Below the pieces are notes generated by a model. It made no database searches. It was not told where the DNA came from and saw only the letters and a program-made list of their open reading frames with translations. Shown piece after piece: positions 31,875 through 43,896 of a DNA stretch of 43,896 nucleotides; position 1 is the first letter of the stretch; each line of letters begins with the position of its first letter. The stretch is from Trichosphaerium sp. ATCC 40318 (lineage: Eukaryota; Protista; Tubulinea). A program made the position numbers and the translations under genes. The DNA is taken from positions 1 to 43,896 of the forward strand of contig JALMLS010000095.1 of the NCBI GenBank assembly GCA_038496445.1, given 5' to 3'.

Positions 31875-33657
31875 TTTTTTTTCTTTTTTCCTTCTAACAA
31901 GGATTTTTTATAGTTGAGATTGCTTTTTTTAAATATAGATGCAGATCGTAGTTTTGTGCATCTATGGAAATATAAACAATCTTTGAGATTGTTTATATTT
32001 CCATAGATGCACAAAACTACGATCTGCATCTATATTTAAAAAAAGCAATCTCAAAAAGACTCTATTTCCGTTATATAAGTATAATCTCTCAATAAACTCC
32101 CACTTTCTTAGAGTTCTCTGAAAACTTAAATATGAATAAATCCTACCTTCATAAACTTAACAACCAATCACTAAATATTTCATACGACACGCAAACCTAC
32201 GACGTAAATTTCAAAAAATAAGTAACCTTTCATTAATTTATCTTACTTTTATAATCTATAAAATAATACTATAATTATATAACCTTAAATTTAACAATAC
32301 TTTACGCCCATTAAAGTTAATTTTTTTAAAAGACATGTGAGGCTTTAGTTTCTGTTACTAATTCTCTTCATCAATTTTCAAATTTCATCAAATTTTATTC
32401 ATCGATGAAATTCTAAATAAAAAAAGAAATAAAACCACATGCAAAGAAAATATTCAAGAAATACAAAATTAAATATACTTATTTTAAATAATTTAAAACA
32501 TTATATAAAAATCTATTGCATTTTGTATAAATTTATTTATATTTTTTTCAAAACGTTTTGAAAACTATACAAATTTTAATACCTTTTTCACGACGTCACT
32601 AATACGCATCCTCTTATTTCAACGTTTTTTATTTCTTACTTTTTTTTTTGTTGTTAAATATACTTCTTTATTTTTTATTTTTATATTTTGCCAGCTTTTA
32701 GTGGTAATAATAGACGCTTGTTTTTTATTTCCTATTAGTATTATTATTTTTTTCTTTTTTTTTTTTTTTTTTTTTTTTGCTTTTGATTTTAATTTTTTTA
32801 TTTTTATTGTTATTTTTTGCAAGTTTATTTCTTTTTTTTCTTTTATCTGATCTTTTTCACAATTTATTAATTTTACTTTTATTTTTTTTACCCTTTTTTT
32901 TGTTTTACTTTTATAAAGCTGCGTATTAAACAAAAATAAATGTAAAAGCTCACGCGATTTCTGTTCGAAAAAAAAAGAGTAATATAATCTTATTAAGTTA
33001 TATTACTCTTTTTTTTTCGAACTCTTTTTAAATACCCATCTTATTTAATTTTTTGTTAATATTACTAAACTAGTACCATAACTTCTTTTATACATTAATT
33101 TTGTCCATAAACTTATAACGCCATAATTTTTTAAAAATCACGCATTCATATTTATATTATTACGCGATTTTTTACCTCTATTTTTTTTTATATTAAACCT
33201 ACACCTTTTATTAATCTATTAATTTATTATAAAACATGTATGTATATATTGTTTTAATTTATCTAAACTTTATATTTATAATCACTTCTCGCTAAATTTA
33301 ACCTTCACGGCTCTTTTTTAAAAAATTAAACCTACATTTGTTTGAAAAATATTTCCTATCTTTTATTTAAAATAAATTAGATAATATACTCTTTTTTCTC
33401 TTCTTTTTCAAAATCTATCCACTAAACGCATTGACCTATTTCACGCATGCGTTTAGTGGATAATACACTTACCTTTACTAAAATAATTTGAATATACCAA
33501 AGGCAATTTATTTTTGATAAACTTTTATATTTAAATTTTTTACACTAAACTTTCTTTTAATACCCTAAAATAAACAAAAGATCGGCTTTTAAGATACCTA
33601 TAGGTATCTTAAAAGCCGATCTTTTGTTATATAAAAATTTGACTTTTATTTTTTTTA

Positions 33658-35754
33658 TTACAATATCTGATGCATGCTCAAATAATAACTTTGACTTTCC
33701 TTTTTGTCACAATATTCAAACCATGCACGCCACCTTTCATCATTTTTTTACTAAACCTTAATCGTCTAATTCTACGTCTTCTTTTTTTCAAAGCACTTCT
33801 AGTTTTTGGAATTCTTTTAACGGGCTTAGTTTTTTTATATATTTACTATTTAATAAACAAAATAAATAAATTTCATTTTTGACAACATATAATATCACCA
33901 AGAGATAATGACTTTACACCAAACCAAAATTTCCCCCCAAATTCTTTAATTTTTTTCTCTTCTTTTTAATTTTTTATAATTATTCCTAACATTCTTATTA
34001 GATTTTTTTTTCAGTTTGGGTCCCCTTTATTTCTTTTAATGTTTTTTGGCATATTGACCTTTTACACCTTTCAATCCCAATATTTAGATCAATATAATTA
34101 TATTGCTTTAAATAATACATTTCTTTTTAGTGTGTTTTGATAAAGCAACCTATCAAAAGAGATTCCTTTTACTACATGCCCTTTTCAACAGGATTCCCCT
34201 AACAATCTTATTTACTTATATCTTTTAAATTGCTATTTTTAAAGTAGATAATCTCGCGCTTTAAACAAATTAAGATAATGTTTAATATATTCTTCTGTTT
34301 TATTTCTCTTTAAAAAATAACTTAATGAATTTTTATTCATTTATCAACTAAAATAAACCTTTATAAGTATAATAATAACTCATAAAAAACTATAAAATTA
34401 CAAAATATATTCACTAAACTAAATTAAAAGATCAAAAAAAACTTTTTGACGTAAATAAAATCTATTTAAATTTAACTTTTTCTCTCACGACTAAAAATAT
34501 GTTTACGTCAAACTTAATATAACGTTTTATATAACTCGCCTTAATCTTTTAAATTTATTCTTTTTGCATTTCTTTGTCGACTTTTTCTAGAAGTAAAAGT
34601 TTGTGCAGCATCCCACAAAATTTATAAGTACGCCATTATTTAAATGTTCACTAATTTACATTTAAATTTAATTTCTAAAGATCCAGCGTTAGTTTTACTT
34701 GATCTTTGGCTTTAAATTTAAAGCCAAAGATCAAGTAAAACTAACGCTGGATCTTTTTACTATCTCCTCTTTATTACGTGAACGCAAGATGTTCGAAACA
34801 CCAAAATACGGTGTTTCGAACATCTTGCGTTCACGTAATAAACTTTCCAACATCATTTACTCTAGCTCTTAACCCACATCTTCTATTTTACCACACACGT
34901 CGCACGTTCTTTATTTAACAAATTTAAAAATTCTACATAATATAAGCTATAAAAAAAAATCAATAACTTCAGAAACCAAATAATGTTTTGATAATCCACA
35001 TAATGATACATTACATTACACATCATCGTAACCCTCTAATGTACGTAAATTTAAATTTTTTCTTTAAATTTTTTAATCCTAAATTAAATCAACTTGTAAA
35101 TTTAAAATTCCTAAATTTTTAAATTTACACCCCTATATATTATTTTTTTTGCTTTTCTATATATACATAATCAACATCCAACTGTTAAAATAATACTGAC
35201 TTTTAAATGTTTTTGTGTCCCTGCTAAACAACAATCCACCACTGAACTAACCCATCTGAACTAACAACACTACCGACGGAACCCTAACACCCCTTGATTC
35301 CCGTACATATTTAAACTCTTCAAGCTGCACTTAAAAACACTCAACAGGTAATTTATAACGCATTTGTAACCTTCTAACTGTTCTCCAAATTTATCACTTG
35401 CTCTAGCATCTCTGTTATCAATAAACCCATCATCTTACTATAACCTAAAATTTGTTAAAGTTCCTTCTCTTCACGCACTGCTACATAAGGTTGTCACATA
35501 AATATGCAGCTGCTTAGTTAACCTTCTAAAAATAACGCGTAATTCGCAAACAACACGGCACCTCTCTCTCTAAACCTCATCTTATTAATTTATTTATATA
35601 TGAAATCCTTGAAACATATATCCATTTCTAAAATACACATTTTATAGGATTCTCTAAAATACACCAACCACTTAAATAATTTGTATCTTCTTTAAAGAAC
35701 CAAAAAATATTCAATCTACAAATAATTGATTCACCAGCGCTTTACTTTTATCAT
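33658..35754 (-). CDS. Ribosomal protein cryptogene cluster rps19...rps13 (copy 3)
   Basis: Mirror of 15411-17507. Confidence 0.45.
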
Positions 35755-35804
35755 TTTTAATATTTATATTTATTTTTAAATTACGTCTATCCTTATATTT
35801 ACTC

Positions 35805-36247
35805 TTACCCCCCTATAAATAAACGAAAACTTTGGTGCCTATAGGTAACCCCTCAATAAGCATTTTTTTTTTTCCAAATTACAAATCCCTGCCCTATGGA
35901 TGCCTTTAATAATTCACCTGCTAATTGCTATAACTGAACCTAGGCTTTACATTTCTGGTAACCAGAACACTACCATTGTTCTCTTTTCCGCTCATTAACA
36001 TACATGGGTACTGCACCGTTCTTTTGCCTAAAACAACTGTTTTAGGCAAAAGAACGGTGTGAACGCCTAAAAGCAACTGCAAAATAGTAGAAGGACTCCA
36101 CTATTTTGCTCCTTTAATCACATATATATTTTAAAATACAAATCACCGCACGAATTTTTTTTCTTTTTTTATTAAAGAAGTTACATACGCGTTCTATAAC
36201 TAAATAAACTATTTGTTGATCCTTTTCACTAAATCTAACCATCGCAT
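35805..36247 (-). CDS. rps7: rps7 cryptogene (copy 3)
   Basis: Mirror of 14918-15360. Confidence 0.65.
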
Positions 36248-37176
36248 GTTATTTTAAATTTTTACGTTCTTAAATTCACTGAAGTTAAAATTATAAAACT
36301 ATATAGTATAAAAATATAATATAATATAATAAAAAAAATAAAAAAAAATAAAAAATAAATAAAATTAAATATCAACAACATAAAGATGCCTTATTTTCCT
36401 GATATTTTATATAATTTTTATTTTTATTTCCTACCTCCTATATTACACCTGAATAATTTATTAAATTATTGAATGGCAAAGATTACGCAATTTAAGTTAG
36501 TAAAATCTACGACGTAGATTTTACTAACTTAAATTGCGTAATCTTTGCCATTCAATAATCCCGCTAATAAAAATTACATTTAAACAAATTCTTTAAACAT
36601 TCTATATTTTTATTTGCAACGTATTTTTATTAATCCTTCTAAAATATTAATATTACTTCTATAAAATTATCCAAACTAAATTCTGACTTGAATAAACTCG
36701 GCTTAAATTTTAAATTTCTAATAATTTTTCAAAAATATCATCTTTATCAATATTGCACTATCTACATAAAATAACGATAATAAAAAGACTAAATAACACC
36801 AGTACTTTTAACAAATAGATTATTTACTTTATTTTTAATCTTAAACTAAATTCTTTAAAAATAAACATTTAACTTTTATTAAAGATACATATCTACTGAA
36901 ACACTTTTTAAAGTTCGCGATATTGTCACAATATCGCCAGTCCAATCGCGATTGGGCTGCTGCTCCTATAATTATGATGATACCTAATATACACCTACAG
37001 AAATATCCGTTACGACTGCAAAACCAAAGCAAGAACGTAGATTAAAACTCTAATAACTCTAAACTTATTAACATTTCTAATATACTTTGGAAGTTATTAT
37101 AACCCCGATGATGTAAAAATACACAACAATAATCTAAAATTACCATTTTCTTTAATTTTTTATCTTCACATTTTTT

Positions 37177-37719
37177 CTACTCATTCATATCAAAATCAAA
37201 CATGCGATAATCCTGTGTTAGCTCTACCGTTCATAAACTATACCTTTCCTTGATCATCATATCTCACTCATAATAACCTGTTAATGGAAAATCCTTTCTT
37301 AAAGGAAACCTCTAAAAGTATAGTCTAATAAAATTCTACGCATATCTACATTCCCGAAAAGTATACGCCAAATAAATCTTGCGCTCTCTTTCTAACCACA
37401 AACCTGATCTAAAAATTTTACACGATGTAAATAAACTACCTCTTTTTTTATATGCAAAACCTTCTAATCTTATTCTACGATTTTAAATAAACTTGAAAAA
37501 ACGTAAGCTACCTTCAATTTACAGCAGCTGCACTATTATCTACACAAAAATATCTAACAATGATTTTCAGCATGCGCTCACTTAATTTTAACCAAAAAAA
37601 TAAAAACCACAAATCGCCATATCTTTACAAGATCCTATAAAAGTTCTTAAATATGTCCAAAAGATTTAATAAAAGACCTAAAATAAATTCAAAAGCAAAA
37701 ACTCTCTAATTCAACGCAT
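37177..37719 (-). CDS. nad9: nad9 cryptogene (copy 3)
   Basis: Mirror of 13446-13988. Confidence 0.9.
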
Positions 37720-37721
37720 AA

Positions 37722-38685
37722 TTAACCTAAAAAACTACCATATAAAATTACTTACCTCCCAAAGCTATTCACTATTAAACAATAAAACCCTACCGTTATA
37801 GGTAACAAAGTTTTTCACCTAAACTCATTAAATGATCATATCTATATCTAGGTAATGAAGCTCTAACCAAATAAACATAAGCATTATTAATAAACTTTTA
37901 ATATACAAAAAATAGGAATTCCTTCCACAAATCATTATAAAAAAAAATATTTCGCCAAGAAATAAATTGGCAAACAAAATACTTAATATAATCATGTTTA
38001 TATATCAGAAAGAAAAAAACAAACAAAACCCATGAAGAATATTCAACATTATAACAGACACTAATTCACCTTCTGCCTCTGGTAAATCTGCGAAAGGTGG
38101 CCTATTAGTCTCTGCTAATATTGTCACTATAAAAATTATTGCCGCTCAGGCGCATATAAAAATAAAATAGTATCTTTTGTAAATTAACTACACTTATAAG
38201 ATTTAACGTACCTGCTCAAGCACCAATATAATAATAACTAAACCAAAAGGAACTCATAAGAAATCATTTGGGCAGCAGCTCTTATTGCACTAAAAAAGCA
38301 TATTTTGAGTTACTTGCCCAACCCGCAAAAATTAAACATAAACACCTAATGACGATATAACAAATATCAACATCAAACTATATCTATATCTATGATTACA
38401 TTTTAAAAGACAAAGGTAATAAGGATAAAAGAACTAAGATAAAAATAACAACCACAAGGAGCAAAAACAAATAAAATACCATAGCGTATTGAGGAATTAT
38501 TGTTTCTTTTCAAATCATTTCAACCCATCAGCTATGGCTGTAATAAACCATATAAACCTACTACATAGGTCCTTTCCTTCTTTGATACCAGCCATAACTT
38601 TTCTTTCCATAAAGTTAATAATGCTCCGCAAAAATAAACGGAAACATTAAAATAATAAAATAATAAACTTTAAAATAACTAACAT
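37722..38685 (-). CDS. nad1: nad1 cryptogene (copy 3)
   Basis: Mirror of 12480-13443. Confidence 0.92.
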
Positions 38686-38895
38686 TATTTTATTAATATA
38701 TTTAAAATTACTAAAAAACAAAAAAAATAAAATAAAGAACTTAATTTATTTTTAATTTCGCTTCTTCCCTTGAAACTATAAAAAATTATAAACAAATAAC
38801 TATCTTTTTTAAATATTCATTTATAATACAAATAACATTCTTTTTTTTCAAAATTTACACACTTTTCTTATTTTTTTACTTAAACTATAAGTAGT

Positions 38896-39954
38896 TTAAG
38901 TAAAAAAATAAGAAAAAAATTCATATATATTTCCCAGCATGTTGGTTATAAAATAATAAAAATCAACGCCTTTTTCATAAAATCATTCGCTTCATCTGTT
39001 TTCTATTTCTTTATCTAATATTGATAATTTTTTTTTTATTGCCTCTTTTATTATTGATCTAGACTTAACAATCCCTCATAATATATCTTGCAGTAATCCA
39101 TATTTTTCTAAAAGCTTTGCCCATAAATCACGTCGGGCCTCTAATAGCGATGCATTATTCTCCACAAATCTATGCATTTGATCCTTAAAATACTTGGACA
39201 GTTTTCCTACATCTGTAGCTTGCCAGTCAAAAACTTCTATCAAATCATATAAATTTTTTTTTATTGCTCTTAAATTTTCTAAATCTAAGGTTTTTATGTT
39301 TTCTTTAGTATTAAAATAAGCAAATAATTCTTCTAATTTCAATTTCAGACTATTTATACAGACGTCTATATAACACACTACATTTTTTTTAGATAATGCT
39401 GAAACACTGTTTTCTAAATAAATTTTTAAATTTTCACTGTTATACAATTCTCACTCTTTTATTCAATCAAAAATTTTTTCTAATCCTTCTATATTTTCTC
39501 CTTCTATATTTTCTCCTTCTATTTTTTCTAATCCTTCTATATTTTCTCCTTCTATATTTTCTCCTTCTATTTTTTCTAATCCTTCTATATTTTCTCCTTC
39601 TATTTTTTCTCCTTCTATTTTTTCTAATCCTTCTATATTTTCTCCTTCTATTTTTTCTCCTTCTATTTTTTCTACTCCTTCTATTTTTTCTTCTTCTATT
39701 TTTTCTCCTTCTATTTTTTCTACTCCTTCTATTTTTTCTTCTTCTATTTTTTCTTCTCCTTCTATTTTTTCTCCTTCTATTTTTTCTTCTTCTTTCTTTT
39801 CTCCTTCTATATTTTTTTCTCCTTCTTCTGATGCTGATCTTCTATTTACTACCACCATCACGCCTACTATTACTCCTATAATACAAGTGGCTGCAAAACC
39901 AAAACCTATGTCTACATACCCAATACCTCCCACAGCTAACGCCATAGGATCCAT
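38896..39954 (-). CDS. ORF352 (copy 3)
   Basis: Mirror of 11211-12269. Confidence 0.7.
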
Positions 39955-40212
39955 TCCTCATAACATAATAACATTTTTTTTTTGCTTTTTTATAACATTG
40001 TTATAAAAAAGCAAAAAAAAAATCGTTAATATTCATATAAAAAATATTATAAAAATTAAAATTAAAAATAAATTATAACTAATAATTAATGTAAAAAAAA
40101 AAACCCTAAACCTACAAAATCAAATATTTATAAATATCACACTTTCCACAATATTTCTCTTTTATTTATATTTTGAACCCAACATTATAAATACCAAAAG
40201 AACCTATTCACT

Positions 40213-40353
40213 CTAATATACTTTTTCCATTAAATTAAAACTATATTTATAAGAAAACAAATAAAAAACTATACCTATACTTGCTCCTCCTACACCGACA
40301 GTACATACTCCTGCTGCTAATACTTTTGCTGCTAATACTATTTGTCATTCCAT
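40213..40353 (-). pseudogene. atp9-like fragment (copy 3)
   Basis: Mirror of 10812-10952. Confidence 0.55.
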
Positions 40354-40370
40354 TTTTTTTTTACTCTTTT

Positions 40371-42440
40371 TTAAAATTTATACTATTACTATACTGTTTC
40401 TACCTGTTGCCGCAAATATTTTGACGATTTAACATATTCATTGTTATCTTAAAGTAATTACAAATAAAAAAACTTACGATAACAATCAGTTTAAAAACAC
40501 TTTATTATACTTCTTTTCATAATTACTTTTTTATAAAACTATTTTTCCCCAACAAAAAAAACATTACCTAGGAAAAATACAATAATAATTTACTGTTGGT
40601 ATATTGCTCAAAATACTATACTTTTTATGAAAATATACATATTAATAATATGTATATTTTCATAAAAAGTATAGTATTTTGAGCAATATACCAACAGTAA
40701 ATTATTGAAAAATAAAATAGAAATTACATTTTTTTCAACTCAAAAGACGCATTACCTTGTAACTTTTTGTAAAACATTTTCTATATTAGAATATCAACAT
40801 CTTTTTCCGTATAGACCAATCTGGCACCGCTACATCTACTCACGCCCTAAATTTTTACGTAAATTATAATTTAGATGAATAAATTTACTTAATCTATATT
40901 TAATAAATTTATTCTGTTTATTCTCCTTGCCCAAAAAACAAATTCAAATTATGCTTTGAATTTGTTTTTTTTTTACACCTTTTTTTGCAAGCCTAATAAC
41001 CCTAAAAAACTAAAATTAACCTTGAAATATCTTGACTTATAAAATTCCTAAATTATTCTTACTTTCTCATTTTATATTTAAATTTAAACTTTTGTTGTAT
41101 AATACCACACTTCTTTTAAATTAGTATACCTTCCCATCTACTAAACATATTTTGATTTTTTTCAGCGAACCTTTCTTTACAATTAGCCCTACACCAAAGC
41201 TAAATATAATAATTCTTTATAGTACAGCCTATATTATTACACCTAAGTATATAGACTTTACACCTAACCAACAGTAAAATATTTCATTAGTTTTTCAAAT
41301 CAAACTTTCTTAATCAGTAACCTAATAAAGGCAATTCTAAACGAATATCAGAAAACATATAAAAAAGCAATCAAACAAAGCAATTTCGAAATCAATTCAC
41401 AAATAAAATACCATATTTGTTATAATTTACACAATACAATCTGTTATTACACTCCTATATTATTCATAAAATTTCTAATGCTATTTACACTTTAATATCA
41501 AAACTACTCTTATACTAAAATGTAAAATTTAACGATTTGTATAGTCATAACCATCATGAGATTAAATAAGATCAACTTACGCTTATATGAGTTGATCTTA
41601 TTTTTCTCTATTTTCTTGTCAAAAAACCTAAATCTACATCCCCATAACCGTTTAAAATAAAAACTGTAAACGCAAATCTTGCTTTATTAGTTAATCATTC
41701 TATATTAAAAATTCATTTAACTTGCTTTAGTTCGAACTATATATATAAAAATTACATCATTGTTAAATTTCCTCTAACACATCATTAACATCTAAAGTAT
41801 CCTGAACAACTGCTCCCATTTTCTAGACGCAAACTCAAAAGGCTTCAAGGTAAATGCTCTACAGGACATACTGCTATAAAATTTGTTGTTAATTCTCCGT
41901 AATTATTTTTTCTCTATACGTACTAATTCTAAAAACATGCCACGACCTAAAAAACTAAACCAAAACTACCAAATACTTCTAAGCTAAACAAAACACACTA
42001 GCACACTGAATACACTTGTCATATATGTGCTTGTTAATTCTCAACAAAAAAACCTAATACTGACCTTTTTTTTTTTTCATGTATCTTCCTCTATCATCCC
42101 AAAAATAAAAGAAATATCTTGTAAATCACAACACCCGCCTGATCACAAATTGGACAATCCAACGGATGATTACATAGTAAATATTCCATTACATTTTCTC
42201 TAGCAATCTCTATCTTAAAGATATTTTCTTATAACTAAACCTGATACTAGAGGTACACTACATGCTATTTCTAATTAGACGTTCTAGTTGTCTCTATTAA
42301 ACATAATCTGCAGTTCCCAATATTCCTAATTTTTCAAAATAACATAATCTTGGTAAATTTAAATTAATACATCTAAACCTTGGATTGCTGTTCGCCACTC
42401 GGTACCAAAATTACTCGATTAATCGCTTTATACCTACCAT
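40371..42440 (-). CDS. nad11: NADH dehydrogenase subunit 11 (75-kDa Fe-S) cryptogene, full length
   Basis: [48 protein letters not shown]; ATG at 42440; 3' end approximate. Confidence 0.92.
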
Positions 42441-42519
42441 TTCTGATTCTCACATTTTGGGGTGTTTTTTTTTTACTTTTTTTTATATTTTAATTAAACA
42501 GGGGGAAAAGAAGGGAGAT

Positions 42520-42619
42520 AACTTTGATTTTTTTTAAAAAGATTAATTGAATATCTTTTAGAAATAACCAAATTTTTCTAAAAGATATTCAATTAATCTT
42601 TTTAAAAAAAATCAAAGTT
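42520..42619 (-). terminator. Hairpin, 45-bp arms, 10-nt loop, overlapping the stop of the upstream ORFan
   Basis: aactttgattttttttaaaaagattaattgaatatcttttagaaa / tttctaaaag...atcaaagtt. Function is inferred. Confidence 0.55.
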
Positions 42620-43857
42620 TTTTAAAAAGTCAAGTAAAAAATACATAATGTCAATTAACAAATTTATCAAAATTTACAGGAGACAAACTTATTCATAAAA
42701 TAGGAAGTATAAAAAAAGTCTCCCCAAAGCTTGCAAAAGTTACTAATTTGTCAAGAACAATTAAATCTAAAAAAGAATATAAAGTTTCTATAAAAACGAA
42801 CTCTCTTTCTTTTTCAAGCATGCTTATAATTTTATCTTTTCAAATTTCATTTATACTATCTATTATAGTATATCAATCCATTCATCAAACAAGTTCATCC
42901 TTTTTAATATCTCTTCATAAATTTTCGTAATAGTTACGTAAATTCTCTTCATAATTTTTAGAAAAATTTAAAACAGCATCATGAATGTTTTCACTGTAAC
43001 TACTCTCTAAATCTGCTAATTCTTCACCTTTCTTTTTTTTTTTTATAAATTCTTTTCATTTAGGATAATCTTGCACAATACTTAAATCAACGTTATGTTT
43101 AACACAAGTATTTGTTAAATAATTAAAAAAAATATCTAGCTGATTTTCAAAATATTTAGTAGTTTGTTCAATTAAATTTTCTTTATCTATTTCCATTGCT
43201 TTTTTTTTTTCTAACATTATTTTTTTTAATTCTACTATTAAATTTACATTTTTTTCACTTATATCATAATTTTCAATTATAAATTCTACTCAGCTTAAAT
43301 TCTCAAACATAACTGACAAATTACTTTCTTCTATTATTATTCCTTCGTTTTCTAAAGTATAAGTTACAAAATTAAAAAAAATCAGCATCTTGACTTTGCT
43401 CAATTTCACCTATATGATCTACTATTTTTTTTTTTATAAACTCTTTATCATTTTGCATAAATAGAATAAAATTATTTATTTCTTCTAAATTAAGCATAGA
43501 ATTAATAAAAAAATGATAATAAATAGAACACATAACTAATCATAAGATCATAGAAGCAAACGCACTATAGCTTCAAGTTAAACTATATCCTTGGCTAGCT
43601 AGTTGCGTATATAGATCTGCTACCACTGTTGGATCTATAGGTACTAAATTGTCTAACTTATCCACTATTTCTTCTCTGCTTTTTTCTTCATTAAAGAACG
43701 TTAAGGTTAAGCCTCCCCCCTCGAAGCTTAACCATTCAAAAAAATGAACCCTCCCTTTCGCTAATAAAGCATAATTATTTATCAAATCTTCTTTAAAAAA
43801 AGGATTATTATAAAATACTAATTCTTTACTAAATAAAAAATAAAATTTAAAAAACAC
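42558..43857 (-). CDS. ~430-codon ORFan (UGA=Trp), unedited, with one apparent +1 homopolymer shift near 43375
   Basis: With TGA=W the frame is open from 43857 to ~43375, and then from 43379 to TAA at 42558-42560 (274 codons). Acidic and helical, with hydrophobic segments. Confidence 0.68.
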
Positions 43858-43896
43858 TTATAAAACACCCCGCCATGTAATGTATTGAATTCAATA

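Larger units (their letters stand above)
27451..41143. repeat. Copy 3 (-): reverse complement of ~10041-23786
   Basis: Essentially identical apart from the junction and a poly-T tract. Confidence 0.95.

Overview
AT-rich protist mitochondrial DNA, most likely amoebozoan (UGA=Trp, mt-encoded tufA, 5'-mismatched tRNAs, nad11-nad1-...-rpl11...rps7-rps19-rpl16-rpl14-rpl5-rps14...rps13 order). About 20 kb of unique sequence is folded back twice: 1-~10047 (-), ~10041-27450 (+), ~27451-43896 (-). The mirror axes are x+x'=19493 and 51165. Degraded sequence after both turns suggests an amplification or long-read fold-back artefact. Main result: every recognisable conserved gene (nad11, nad1, nad9, atp6, atp8, atp1, cox3, tufA, r-proteins, SSU rRNA, most tRNAs) is a cryptogene lacking single nucleotides, about every 20-45 nt in mRNAs. 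Wherever I could fix the missing base from a conserved motif or tRNA stem, it duplicates a neighbouring base (G, A, T or C). Long ORFans rich in homopolymers stay in frame. This points to a 'neighbour-duplication' insertional RNA editing system unlike myxomycete C-insertion or kinetoplastid U-indel editing. The main alternative is systematic sequencing deletion, and RNA data are needed to decide. The genome also carries many unrelated perfect palindromes, some inside genes. Cryptogene boundaries are approximate and r-protein calls are low confidence.
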